A stretch of DNA of 64,000 bases from Nitrososphaeraceae archaeon (GCA_044870765.1 JBIOZG010000017.1:1-64000), one strand, 5' to 3'. Counted from the first letter of the stretch, positions 30,375 to 40,908 are shown. Numbers and translations are program-made. The notes: generated from the letters alone by a model not told the origin.

Positions 30375-31919
30375 TTGTTATTTGAGGTCAGATATTCTGA
30401 CCTAGCAGGAAGGATAGGAAAAATCAAGACTCCTAGTGGGACTTTTGAGACTCCCGCATTCATACCTGTGATTCATCCTGTTTCGCAATCTGTAGACATA
30501 AACTTTCTAAAAAAATTAGGTTTTGAAGCAGTTATCACAAACGCGTATATCACGTTGAAACAATACGGCGATAGTGCTCGAGAAAAAGGAATTCATAAAA
30601 TAATAAACTTTGATGGTCCGATAATGACAGATTCCGGTGGTTACCAAGTTCTTGAATACGGTTCAATTGAACCAGAGCCTTCCTTCATAGCCCAATTTGA
30701 GTCGGATATTAAAAGTGATATTTGTGTCCCGCTCGATAAACCGACAGGATACGGCTTGCGATATGAGGTAGCCAAAATGTACGTTAATGAAACTATCAAA
30801 AATTCTCAAGAAACCCTAAATCTCATTAGGAGTAACAATAACGGAAATTCTGTTTGGGTGGGTCCGGTGCAGGGCGCCGAACATCTTGATTTGGTCAAGA
30901 GATCTGCTGGGTTACTCGATGAAATGGGATATGAAATGATGGCTCTGGGAAGCCCTGTGCAATTACTAGAGTCCTATGAATTTGGAATTTTATCCGAAAT
31001 GATAGCAGCCTTGAAATCAGTAGTTACGTCCAAGCCCATTCATCTATTTGGAGCCGGTCATCCACTAACGATACCTTTGGTGGTAGCGTTAGGATGTGAT
31101 ACGTTCGATTCTGCATCTTACATGCTTTATGCAAGAGACGACAGGTACATGCATCCCAATGGAACGTCAAAACTGGACAAGTTAACCTATCTTTCATGCC
31201 AATGTCCAATTTGTATTAATTTGAAAGTTAAGGAATTTCTTGATCTGGAACGTGATGAGAGGATAGATAAATTGGCAAAGCATAATCTGTATGTTTTAAG
31301 ATCCGAAGTTCTGTCGGTAAGACAAGCTATCATGGATGGTAGACTCTGGGAATATGTTGGACAAAAGGCACGGGCTCATCCTAAGTTAATGGAGGCCTTC
31401 AAATTATTTATCAACTATGAATATTTAGAAGATGGCACACCTTTGTTCAAGAAAAAAGCTATTTTTTTTATGGATTCTATCGACCAGTATCGACCAGAGG
31501 CCGCTAGATTAAGAAGGGTTTTCAATTCATTTAGTACCAACAAAAAAAAGCTTGTTCTATATCCTGATACTCTAATTTCTCCCTTTTATTGTTCTCAAGA
31601 ATATCATAAATTGTCAATGAGATTTTCGGATTATCAAATTTGCGCTTATAATCCTTTTATTGGAATCATACCTGCTGAAATTTCAGATCTTTATCCGGCC
31701 GCCCACAATTTGATATCCAAGAGAAAAATTGAACTCGGCAATTCAAATGAATATCCAACATTTGTTAATTCATTGGAAAAATTCCTATCAAACAATTCTT
31801 TTGATGATGTGATAATCGTGGCTGATGAATTCCTCGACCGCATACTCCGGGACTTAAAGTTAGAATCCAAGATAAAGACTTACAAATATACACATGATAT
31901 AATTGAGCATCTCCCATGA
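30375..31919 (+). CDS. tgtA: tRNA-guanine(15) transglycosylase (archaeosine TGT)
   Basis: ETPAFIPVI, MTDSGGYQ, HLFGAGHP, GCDTFDSASY, CQCPIC...HNL; no C-terminal PUA domain. Confidence 0.95.
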   Translation: MLFEVRYSDLAGRIGKIKTPSGTFETPAFIPVIHPVSQSVDINFLKKLGFEAVITNAYITLKQYGDSAREKGIHKIINFDGPIMTDSGGYQVLEYGSIEPEPSFIAQFESDIKSDICVPLDKPTGYGLRYEVAKMYVNETIKNSQETLNLIRSNNNGNSVWVGPVQGAEHLDLVKRSAGLLDEMGYEMMALGSPVQLLESYEFGILSEMIAALKSVVTSKPIHLFGAGHPLTIPLVVALGCDTFDSASYMLYARDDRYMHPNGTSKLDKLTYLSCQCPICINLKVKEFLDLERDERIDKLAKHNLYVLRSEVLSVRQAIMDGRLWEYVGQKARAHPKLMEAFKLFINYEYLEDGTPLFKKKAIFFMDSIDQYRPEAARLRRVFNSFSTNKKKLVLYPDTLISPFYCSQEYHKLSMRFSDYQICAYNPFIGIIPAEISDLYPAAHNLISKRKIELGNSNEYPTFVNSLEKFLSNNSFDDVIIVADEFLDRILRDLKLESKIKTYKYTHDIIEHLP

Positions 31920-32014
31920 TTATTTCTTTTATTGCGGATTTTGTTTTTTTGATTTTGATTTAATTTTGCTTAAATCACTCATAAAAATGTTTTAATAAAA
32001 TCAGAAGACCGTAA

Positions 32015-32510
32015 TTGATTGGTGCCTTCGGTATAGAAAAGCACCAATCAAGTCATCTTGACCTAACATAGATGGTAAAGTGATTCCATGGAAAATTTAT
32101 TTAAAATTTCTAATACAAGTACTTAATTTCTATTGGGATGTAAGTAAACTTAGGTAAGCCATGTTCTTATATTTGCATTAGTAAGTTTGATTACTTCCTA
32201 TTATATTTTAAGACAAAGGCCGGTGGGAATCTCTTATCAACTCTGTCAGTCCCACCGGTTTTAAATTAATTTATAATTTGTTGTGTATGATAACTTATTA
32301 CGGACTAGGCTAAGTCCAGAAAGCAATCTGACTGCTGGTGGGCCTTTTTACAAATTGGCCCATCAGTTATTATTCGAAAGTTCAGTGCATCATTGTAAGG
32401 TGTATTCAGGTAACTTTTTATAGTTTGGTCTCTCGTAGTGAGATCCAAAAACCTAATCGTCTGATGGGTCCTCGACATATTGGTTCAGTCTCTCCTTGGA
32501 CCCATCAGTT
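32015..32510. repeat. Cluster of related GC-rich inverted repeats (stem-loops)
   Basis: Hairpins at 32015-32051, 32215-32262, 32334-32367, 32424-32449 and 32461-32508; three share CYGRTGGG...CCCAYCRGTT arms. Confidence 0.7.
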
Positions 32511-32515
32511 CTAAT

Positions 32516-32773
32516 TTAACTAGGTGATGTAGATGGGAATAATTTCAGGACTTCATCGCTGTATTCACCAAGCAACGTTTGTATTCTGTCTGTATCAGGC
32601 GGACTGACGGATGCAGCATCTATTACATTCTTTTCAAATTCATCTGTCAGTTTTTGGAATTCTGCACAACCTGCACAAGTTCTAGGTGCATACACTTGTT
32701 GTGCGCTCGTTGTTACTATTGTCATAGTAGTTACTGAGGCTAGTATTGCCATTACGATATAAATGGACTTCAT
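32516..32773 (-). CDS. Small secreted protein with CxxC
   Basis: Signal peptide ending AQQVYA, then PRTCAGC and a helical acidic domain. Confidence 0.7.
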   Translation of the reverse strand: MKSIYIVMAILASVTTMTIVTTSAQQVYAPRTCAGCAEFQKLTDEFEKNVIDAASVSPPDTDRIQTLLGEYSDEVLKLFPSTSPS

Positions 32774-32995
32774 GTTTCACTTAGAAAGGAATATCTATTA
32801 AGTCTTCTTTATCTGGTAGAATCATATAAAATATTTACAATACACACTTAACTACCATCTGATTAACGTGAATGAATAATATTCTATTCTGAGATTCAGA
32901 TATAATGTAGTAAAGAAGACTCTCTACTTTTTTTAGCACTTGTTCTTACTCAATCCACTTATACTTTACTTAGTATCATTTTGCGATAACAAACC

Positions 32996-33352
32996 TTGAA
33001 CAGAAAAAACGCATTAACTTTTGTAGCACTGTCTATAGGAATATTGACTGGGCTAACAGGAACAGGGTTGTCACATGTAGCACCAGCATTTGCTGACAAG
33101 GAAGAGTGTAAAGACAATGATGACAACAACTGTAACGAGAGAACCCACAAGATAAAACAGGATAACGATTGTAAGGCAGTGAATGAATACGAACACATTG
33201 GCTCCCTGGGCAGCCCCGTCAACAACAACCAATTTGAATGCACCAACACCCTAATAGATCCTGCTAACGGCGATGACAATGAATTCGTAGACGAGGTATT
33301 GGTCGTAGACGAGGTATTCGGAAGTACTACATTAATTCCAGATATACCTTAG
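32996..33352 (+). CDS. Small secreted acidic Cys/Asn-rich protein
   Basis: Signal peptide ending PAFA; DKEECKDNDDNNCN...QDNDC...NQFEC; short direct repeat GTAGACGAGGTATT x2. Confidence 0.7.
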   Translation: MNRKNALTFVALSIGILTGLTGTGLSHVAPAFADKEECKDNDDNNCNERTHKIKQDNDCKAVNEYEHIGSLGSPVNNNQFECTNTLIDPANGDDNEFVDEVLVVDEVFGSTTLIPDIP

Positions 33353-33366
33353 CGCTAACAAGAAAC

Positions 33367-33399
33367 AGGTAACAATGTGTTACCTACAGAACTTTTTTT
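33367..33399 (+). terminator. Hairpin plus T-tract terminator
   Basis: AGGTAACA-ATG-TGTTACCT followed by a T7 run, just after the stop at 33352. Confidence 0.5.
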
Positions 33400-33511
33400 C
33401 TTTAATTAGTGGCAAGATAGAGGTGCGTAATTAATTTAAGTCAATTATTTACTAGAATCATTCAAAATTGATTTTGCTTAAATATTAGAAATAGCAAGGA
33501 TAAATGATATA

Positions 33512-33919
33512 ATGGCGATAGACTATGAATTCGTTTATTCCTTTAGTGAAGAGTTATTGAATCTAGATAATTCTTTAAGATGGATTGGTATTTCAAACAA
33601 ATACGGCGTTCTAATTAACGTAGAGCAACGCAAAGATTTAGAACCATTAATGTCAGAAGAGGAAAGTGAAGAATATGCCGCTGCTGCAGTCTCAAGATAT
33701 AGAACTAGGGTTAAGTTTCAAACAAAAATTGGGAAACTAGACTATGCTGTTGGCAGATATGAAAATGTAACTAGGATTACCATTCCCATAAGCAACGATT
33801 ATTTTTTACTGCTGACCATAGATAAAGAGAAAAATTATGATGACATGGTTAAGGAAAAGATTATTCCCTTCATCAATAGGAATAGGAACAGATTTCGTTC
33901 CGAAAGTCTAAATGATTAA
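33512..33919 (+). CDS. Thaumarchaeal profilin/roadblock-like protein (DUF6659-type)
   Basis: LRWIGISNKYG...KIGKLDYAVGRYENVTRITIP pattern of an expanded AOA family. Confidence 0.7.
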   Translation: MAIDYEFVYSFSEELLNLDNSLRWIGISNKYGVLINVEQRKDLEPLMSEEESEEYAAAAVSRYRTRVKFQTKIGKLDYAVGRYENVTRITIPISNDYFLLLTIDKEKNYDDMVKEKIIPFINRNRNRFRSESLND

Positions 33920-33970
33920 TCTTAACCTTAATTTTTTTCGCAGAGTCTTGTACCGTTATGCTTGTAAAAA

Positions 33971-35332
33971 TTATGAATTAACGTCTTTCACAAAGCTCTT
34001 GTAAATTGATAATGCCTCATCTTCGGTTTTAGCTCCAACAATTGTGGCTGCACCACTGGTCATGAAGCTTATTGAAAGATATTCAGAATTATTACTAAGG
34101 ACGGTTAACCCTAGTTCGCCTTTCGTCTTGATTGTATATCCCAATCTACCTGCATTCTTTTCAATTCCAATTAGGTCTATCGGTGATAAAATTTGGGCGG
34201 GTGTAACAGTGTACGTTCTCTTTCCGCGGTCACGACCGCATAGTTCTTCAATTATTAGTTGCTGTACTTGCGGCTGATCTTTATCTATTCTCTTTGTTCC
34301 ACATGAAGTACATTCTTCTTGTCTAAAGACCGTAACTTTCTCCATTGAGAAATCGTTCAGATCTATATACAAGAGCTTATTTTCTAGAGTTGGTTTTTCG
34401 CTTAGGATAATCTTGACTACTTCAGAAACTTGAATGCCACCTACTAGGTATAAAATTGATGGGTGAACACCTTCCGTGCTACAAGTGGGCATATCATCTT
34501 CAACTAACGCTGGAAAGATGCATCTAAGGCAAGCTGTTTTATTTGGAATTATAGTGCAAATAGAACCTAACATTCCTAATGCGCCTGCATAGATAAGTGG
34601 GATATTGAGTTTAATGCACGCGTCATTTAATGCATATCGGGCATCTATACTATCTAGTGCATCTACAACTATATCAAATCCATTAACAATGCTTTCGGCA
34701 GTATATTTAGTAACAGAATTTGGAAGAGCTTCAATCTCAACACTTGAATTTATTTTTTGAAGTCTTTCTTTTGCAGCTTCAACTTTCACTCTACCTATAT
34801 CATTTTCTGTATAGAGATGTTGTCTATGTAAATTAGAGATCTCTATAATATCTCTATCTACTATTTTCAGTTTTCCGACACCCATAGCTGTTAGCAGTGT
34901 AACTACAGGATTGCCAATGCCTCCAACTCCAACTACACAGATTTTTGCCTTCCTTAGTTTTTCTAACCCAATGAATCCTATTTCATCGAGCATTATCTGT
35001 CGGGAGTATCGTTGCAAATCTTCGTTCTTAAGTTCAGAACCAGAACCACCTGCCACCGCAGGGAGAATATAAATAGAATCCCCTTTGTTGAGTTTCGTGG
35101 CCATACCATCATTACTAAATCGCATATTTTTTCCATTTATGTAAATGTTGATTAATGATCTTGGTTTTCCATTCAGGTCCAATACTTTGCGTTTGAAATC
35201 TTCTCCGAGCTGTTCGGTTACTTTTGTAAATGCATCTTGTAGATCTATGGCATCTAATGGAATTTTTTTTTCTCCGCTACCTTTTGTGAGAACAGATGGA
35301 ATAGTAAATTCAATATTTGTCATTCTATTCAC
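33971..35332 (-). CDS. MoaD/ThiS ubiquitin-like domain fused to a ThiF/MoeB (E1-like) adenylyltransferase
   Basis: N-terminal Ubl ending ILPAVAGG; RYSRQI, GVGGIG, SNLHRQ, CLRC, PTCSTEG, CTSC. Confidence 0.92.
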   Translation of the reverse strand: MNRMTNIEFTIPSVLTKGSGEKKIPLDAIDLQDAFTKVTEQLGEDFKRKVLDLNGKPRSLINIYINGKNMRFSNDGMATKLNKGDSIYILPAVAGGSGSELKNEDLQRYSRQIMLDEIGFIGLEKLRKAKICVVGVGGIGNPVVTLLTAMGVGKLKIVDRDIIEISNLHRQHLYTENDIGRVKVEAAKERLQKINSSVEIEALPNSVTKYTAESIVNGFDIVVDALDSIDARYALNDACIKLNIPLIYAGALGMLGSICTIIPNKTACLRCIFPALVEDDMPTCSTEGVHPSILYLVGGIQVSEVVKIILSEKPTLENKLLYIDLNDFSMEKVTVFRQEECTSCGTKRIDKDQPQVQQLIIEELCGRDRGKRTYTVTPAQILSPIDLIGIEKNAGRLGYTIKTKGELGLTVLSNNSEYLSISFMTSGAATIVGAKTEDEALSIYKSFVKDVNS

Positions 35333-35338
35333 TCCTAC

Positions 35339-36565
35339 CTATGAAATCATTGCAGACACAGTTTGTACGTCTGGCTTTACAATATCAAGTTTAGGCAATG
35401 CACTCATTATTGCTTCAGTAGATTTCAGTCCATTACCTGTAACATAACATACTACTTTTTCATTTCTTTCTATAAATCCATCGTCAACTAACTTTTTCAG
35501 TACGGCAACAGAAACACCTCCTGCAGGTTCAGTAAAAATCCCTTCAGTCTTTGCCAGAGTCAAAATGCCTTCAATAATTTCATTATCATTAGCTTCTTCA
35601 GCAACCCCACCGTATTGTTTTAATCTTCTTAGAACATAAACACCGTCTCCAGGATCCCCAATAGCCAAACTCTTTGCTATTGTCTCCGGTCTTTCTACAG
35701 GAACGATATCGCCTGCATTTTTCTTAAATGCATCAACTATTGGAGCGCAACCATGTGGTTGTGCAGCAGTAACTTTTAGATTTGAGATATCTCCAATTAA
35801 TCCTATATCATGTAGCTCTTCAAATCCTTTGCAAATTGCATTCAACATCGCACCACTACCAACGGGAATGATGAGATGATCTGGAACATCCCAGTTAAGT
35901 TGTTCAGCTACTTCATACGCCAATGTTTTAGACCCTTCTACATAATATGGTCTCATATTGATATTTACAATACCTATTCCCTTGGAATCACCTATTATCG
36001 ACGCAATTCTATTGGCGTCGTCATAGGTCCCTTCAACCGCAACAAATTTAGCACCATAGGATAATGCCTGCGCAATCTTCACTTTTTCGATATCAGAAGG
36101 AGCAAAAATAAAACATGGCAAATGTGCCTTGGCAGCATGAGCAGCTGTCGCAGAAGCCAAATTTCCAGTAGACGCACATCCAACTGCCTTAAGTTTGATT
36201 TCTCTTGATTTCGAAATGGCTACACCTGCAGGTCTGTCTTTGAATGAAAAAGTTGGATTGACAGAATCGTTCTTTATAAAGAGATTCTTAAGGTTTCCAA
36301 TTTGTGTTCCCAAATCCTCCGCAAATTGCAAAGGTGTAAAACCAGCATGTATGTTTACTATGCAATCCTTATCAGCAATTGGCAATAGCTCAAAATAACG
36401 CCAATATGTTTTGTCGGTTCTTGATGAAAAGGTGTCTTTGTTTAAACCCTTAGGAACATCATATATGACATCCAGTGGGCCAAAACATTCTTCACAAATG
36501 TATTTGAATACGGGAGTATATTCAGCACCACATTCCCTACATTTTAGAAATCGTATAGAACCCAT
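35339..36565 (-). CDS. thrC: Threonine synthase
   Basis: N-terminal CxxC/CxxC, NPTFSFKDR, ASTGN, EGSKT, EPAGG, VTGNGLK. Confidence 0.9.
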   Translation of the reverse strand: MGSIRFLKCRECGAEYTPVFKYICEECFGPLDVIYDVPKGLNKDTFSSRTDKTYWRYFELLPIADKDCIVNIHAGFTPLQFAEDLGTQIGNLKNLFIKNDSVNPTFSFKDRPAGVAISKSREIKLKAVGCASTGNLASATAAHAAKAHLPCFIFAPSDIEKVKIAQALSYGAKFVAVEGTYDDANRIASIIGDSKGIGIVNINMRPYYVEGSKTLAYEVAEQLNWDVPDHLIIPVGSGAMLNAICKGFEELHDIGLIGDISNLKVTAAQPHGCAPIVDAFKKNAGDIVPVERPETIAKSLAIGDPGDGVYVLRRLKQYGGVAEEANDNEIIEGILTLAKTEGIFTEPAGGVSVAVLKKLVDDGFIERNEKVVCYVTGNGLKSTEAIMSALPKLDIVKPDVQTVSAMIS

Positions 36566-36738
36566 GTATATTCAACTATCAACGATTGTATAGTATTAAA
36601 TATCACTAATCGTAATTTTAGTATTACTTAATTTTTTTACTTGGGAATTTTATAGATAATAAATATGAATTAGATCAAAAATATTAAGAATCGAGAGATC
36701 AATAGAAATATTACACAATTGTAAGAATTATCATCAAT

Positions 36739-37086
36739 TTATTGAGGGTATAGCCTATTATGGAAACAGGATCTGTTTCCCGTATGACATGCAGGATTTT
36801 TTGAATTAACTAGGTAGATCACTGAGTCATGATCACAGTCAACAAGGATATCCCTCACTTCTTGAATATTTCCGGATTCTTCTCCTTTCATCCATAGTTT
36901 ATTACGCGAAACACTCCAAAACCAAGCATTGCCTGTCTTGACTGTGTTTTCTATCGCGACTCTATTTGCATAAGCCAGCATTAAAATGTCCTTTGTAGTT
37001 ATATCCTGAACCACAACTGGGATTAGTCCACCTCTTTTTACAAAATTCAATTCATTGATTGATTTATCATCAATTTTCGTTAGCAT
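36739..37086 (-). CDS. hisI: Phosphoribosyl-AMP cyclohydrolase
   Basis: LWMKGEESGN, DCDHD, ACHTGNRSCF. Confidence 0.95.
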   Translation of the reverse strand: MLTKIDDKSINELNFVKRGGLIPVVVQDITTKDILMLAYANRVAIENTVKTGNAWFWSVSRNKLWMKGEESGNIQEVRDILVDCDHDSVIYLVNSKNPACHTGNRSCFHNRLYPQ

Positions 37087-37694
37087 TTTATCATAACCTA
37101 TAGGGTAATGCTGGTTGTCTATTTTATATAAGTCTAGTTCCCTGTTGTTCAGAGGCTTCTACAATTTCTAGAAAATTGAATCATGAAAGCTTTTAACATA
37201 TCGTGTAACCGCAATGGTATAATAAAATTCGCAGAATCTAACATTCCCTATTGTCATTGCTATACAGCCCAGTTTAGGTTAAATTTGTTATTTAATTCGA
37301 ATGTGCTGACGAACGTTAGCGAGTATGGTAAAGAGCTGCCAATTGAAACATACCCAAGGCGGTAAAGTTTTTCATATCAGAAAGCTCTTAAAAATTCACC
37401 TTTCGATAAGACTAATAATAAAGTCTTGAATTCTCAATATAATCAAATTTATCTTCTGAAATAATCAAATCCTTGTGACATTTCTCGCAAAAATAATATT
37501 CACTACTTGTGGGTAATTCCCTTCTGCAAACACTGCAAAACTTTTTCAATAGTTTCAAATTCGAAAAACTAATCTATAAAGTTAGCCATTTACAAAAAAC
37601 ATTTACACATTAAATGTAGTCAAATACTGATGCATCCTTCTTTAGGTATTCTTCAAGAATTCAGTGCAGATAAAATCTTGAAAAAAATACCATT

Positions 37695-39500
37695 TCATGA
37701 ATCATCGTCTACTCTTAATTTATCAATTTTCGTCTTTACAAGATCAAATCCTTGTTGCCAGAATGATTCCTCAGTGATATTAAATCCAGCATTCCTGAGC
37801 AATGTTTCTGGTTTTTCAGATCCTCCTGCAGACAATATTTCGCGATATTTTGAAACAAAGGATTTGCCCTCTTCCCTATATTGCTGGTATAGTGAAAGTA
37901 CAAGTAAATTTCCAAAGGAATAAGCATAACAATAAAATGGAGTATGGAAAAAATGAGGGATATAAAGCCATTCCCATTTGAAATCATCTGAAATACGTAA
38001 TGAATCTCCAAATTGGGTTTTTAGATTACTCATATACAACTCCGAGATATTATCAATAGTAACGCTCTGTTCTGCTATGTATTTGTGAGTATCAATTTCA
38101 AAAATTGTAAAAAATGCCTGTCTCATAATAGTCGCATACATATCATCAATTTGTTCAGCCAAGAAAATCTTTTTCTTTTCTCTATTTAGTTTCTTGTAAA
38201 TTTGTTCATTAAGAAACATCTCTCCAAAAACAGAAGCAGTTTCGGCCAATGGAAGAGGAGCATGTGATACCAAAATAGGTTTATCGGATGCGAACATACT
38301 ATGTATTGCATGGCCAAATTCGTGTGCCATAGTCGAAACATCTCTCATCTTTCCATCAAAATTCAAGAGTACGTAAGGAGTCCTCTGAGGAGAAACGGTA
38401 TAACAAAAAGCACCACTCGTTTTTCCTTTCCTAATTTCAGAATCAATATGCCCTTCTTTAAATAAGCGCTCAGTATAGGTACCAAATTTTGGATCAAACT
38501 TGTAGAAAGTATCCAATACCAATTTAGCGGCATTCTTAAAACTAAATTTAAGAGCATTTTTCTTTGTAATTGGCGCATACAGATCATAACGTCGTAATTT
38601 TTTAACGCCAATTAATTTTGCTTTTTCCATGAAATAATCATGAAACAAAGTTGCATTTTTTTTACAAACTGATAACAGTATCTCTACCGTAGAATCATCA
38701 ATATTATTATAAATATTCCTAACTGATATGGGAGATTTGAACCCTCTAATGGAAATATTTTCATCTCTCCACTGCGTAACTAAGTTTTGGTAAATGTCTC
38801 CTAGCACCCCGCTATTTTTTTCATATGTTTTGAATAATGCCTTGTACGCATATTCTCTCTCATTCGCATTTGAGCTCCTTACTAATGAAAGTAATTTTTC
38901 CTTGTTAGTAAAAGTCTTAATAGTCTTCTTATTTCCTCGTTTCTTGATAAAGGTATATTCAAAATTATTAGTCATTCTATCATATATTTTTACGAGAGCG
39001 CTTGGACCAGTTACTTCTAGAGTGTTGATAATCTTCTCTTCTGATTCATTCAATGAATACTTTGCAACTAACCTTTTGTGCCTTAAATATTCCCGATAGA
39101 CAGCAGAAGTACCATCAATTAATCTCTGTGCGTTATCATTGCCAAGTTCCTTTTTGAACCATAAATCAAAAAACAAAATCTGGTTACTAATCTGAGAACC
39201 TAATTGTTCTGTTTGAAGAATAAGAGCTGCCGCTTCGTTAGATGCAGTATCGGCAGCGTACTTAAGATTAGCAAAACTACTTACTGTACTAAGTTTTTCC
39301 AAAATATTCTCAATCTTGTGAATTAATGATTCAAACGTCGAGGAGTTGAGATCGGGTTTTAAGAGTTGCCTACTATCTTCAAATTCCTTGACGTTCCTTT
39401 TAATACTACCAACTAATTCTGCAAATTCCTTTGTCGGACTCCCATCAACTAAGTCTGAAAGATCCCATTTTCCTAACTTGATATTTGAGTAATTTAGCAT
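37695..39500 (-). CDS. pepF: Oligoendopeptidase F (M3B)
   Basis: WDLSDL, GKTSGAFC, HEFGHAIH, AETAS, YIPHFFHTPFYCYAY. Confidence 0.93.
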   Translation of the reverse strand: MLNYSNIKLGKWDLSDLVDGSPTKEFAELVGSIKRNVKEFEDSRQLLKPDLNSSTFESLIHKIENILEKLSTVSSFANLKYAADTASNEAAALILQTEQLGSQISNQILFFDLWFKKELGNDNAQRLIDGTSAVYREYLRHKRLVAKYSLNESEEKIINTLEVTGPSALVKIYDRMTNNFEYTFIKKRGNKKTIKTFTNKEKLLSLVRSSNANEREYAYKALFKTYEKNSGVLGDIYQNLVTQWRDENISIRGFKSPISVRNIYNNIDDSTVEILLSVCKKNATLFHDYFMEKAKLIGVKKLRRYDLYAPITKKNALKFSFKNAAKLVLDTFYKFDPKFGTYTERLFKEGHIDSEIRKGKTSGAFCYTVSPQRTPYVLLNFDGKMRDVSTMAHEFGHAIHSMFASDKPILVSHAPLPLAETASVFGEMFLNEQIYKKLNREKKKIFLAEQIDDMYATIMRQAFFTIFEIDTHKYIAEQSVTIDNISELYMSNLKTQFGDSLRISDDFKWEWLYIPHFFHTPFYCYAYSFGNLLVLSLYQQYREEGKSFVSKYREILSAGGSEKPETLLRNAGFNITEESFWQQGFDLVKTKIDKLRVDDDS

Positions 39501-39813
39501 TAGTTCTTTTCTTCCTTAAACTGTGACTTGTCTTTATGTTTTTCTAATTTCTAATTCACTTAAGCATGCCAATTACAAATCTAAAAGACTACCGACTGTG
39601 TATATATCAATATAGTTAATTTTGAATATAGTTATATATTACAAATACTGAAATAAAAGATACCGTAATGGTTTTCAACATAGGCATAACGGTAAAGGCT
39701 GACAATATTCAGTTATTGGTGTTATTTGAACACCTCGACTGATTAAAAATGCCACCCTTCTATGTTGAATGAATTTGATAGATTTGCTTTCTTATTATTA
39801 TTTAGTTTATTTT

Positions 39814-40908
39814 TTAATGATTTTTATTTAATAATTTTTTATTTTTCAGGTACTCTCTTTTCATTTCCTCCACCCACTTATTTTTCTTTGAGTATAATTT
39901 CTTACCGGGACGTTTCTTGCATTCAGATAAAACGTAAGAGGAAATAATCGGAAAGCAAATTGAAGAGTCTCCATAAACTATTACGTTGTTTTTATGAGAG
40001 GTCTTTATTTTTCCCCAACTTTTCCCTTCTTGTATTGTTGCTCCAGATAAGCCTCCTGTGTCAGGCCGGGCATCGGTTATCTGTATTACATAGTCGTGCC
40101 CTCCGTCTTTTAGTTTTAATATTTGGTATAAGGCTGGTCCTGTTTGTTGGAAAAAATTCTTTGGAACTCCACCGCCCAATTCAATACCCCCTGAAGCTTT
40201 ACTTTTCCACAGTATCGCTGTTGATTCAGCTATATCCAACATAACGTTTGGAAAGGTTTTGACGTCTTCAAATATCAAAGGTAGCATATTGAGTCCAATA
40301 GAAGAATCACTAATTGCTGGAATGAAAACGGGTATGTCATTTTTATATGCCGAAACAAGGAATGATTTATTGGGATATTTTGAATTTTCATACGCCGCCT
40401 TGCCAAGTTCATAAGACATGTCTGCCGTAGAGTACCATTCAGAATAATTGTTGCTTTCAATATTCTTAATTTCTCTCTGAACGATAATGTCCTGTGCCTG
40501 TAGAGTTCCTATTTCCTTTATATATACATCATAAATACGTACGATCTGCTTTGCGTAAAGCAGATCATCATCAACTTGAAAATGGCCTTGCCTGACGGGA
40601 AGACCATAGGCAAAATGGAGATCATGGTAGACATTGGCGCCAGTTGTTACTATCCAATCTACAAAACCATTCTCGATAAGAGTTTTGATCGTATTCCCCA
40701 TTCCTATTGGTGTTAATGCTCCCGCGAGCGTCAAGCAAGTTGTACATCTATTATCAATCATTTCTTTCATTATGATTGCTGCTTCGAAAAGTCGTCTCGC
40801 ATTGTACCCTGTTGATCCAAAAAAATGAACCAACTGCGATATTGTCATATTTTTAGAAATAATTGGAGGGTCAATCTTTTTCCCTGTAAATGAATGTGCG
40901 CCGTTCAC
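39814..40908 (-). CDS. Deoxyhypusine synthase / homospermidine synthase (SpeY-like) family protein
   Basis: TGANVYHD, GGGVPKNF, DARPDTGGLSGAT, EGKSWGK with the catalytic Lys. Confidence 0.88.
   Translation of the reverse strand: MNGAHSFTGKKIDPPIISKNMTISQLVHFFGSTGYNARRLFEAAIIMKEMIDNRCTTCLTLAGALTPIGMGNTIKTLIENGFVDWIVTTGANVYHDLHFAYGLPVRQGHFQVDDDLLYAKQIVRIYDVYIKEIGTLQAQDIIVQREIKNIESNNYSEWYSTADMSYELGKAAYENSKYPNKSFLVSAYKNDIPVFIPAISDSSIGLNMLPLIFEDVKTFPNVMLDIAESTAILWKSKASGGIELGGGVPKNFFQQTGPALYQILKLKDGGHDYVIQITDARPDTGGLSGATIQEGKSWGKIKTSHKNNVIVYGDSSICFPIISSYVLSECKKRPGKKLYSKKNKWVEEMKREYLKNKKLLNKNH

Noticed and set aside
32015-32510. CRISPR array or tRNA interpretation of the hairpins
   Set aside because: No identical direct repeats with regular spacers, no cas genes, no cloverleaf or T-loop motif
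37090-37690. 600-bp gap containing a 60-aa ORF
   Set aside because: No recognisable motif, repeat or RNA structure
39661-39694. Imperfect inverted repeat TACCGTAATG...CATAACGGTA
   Set aside because: Single short instance; could be chance or a terminator element
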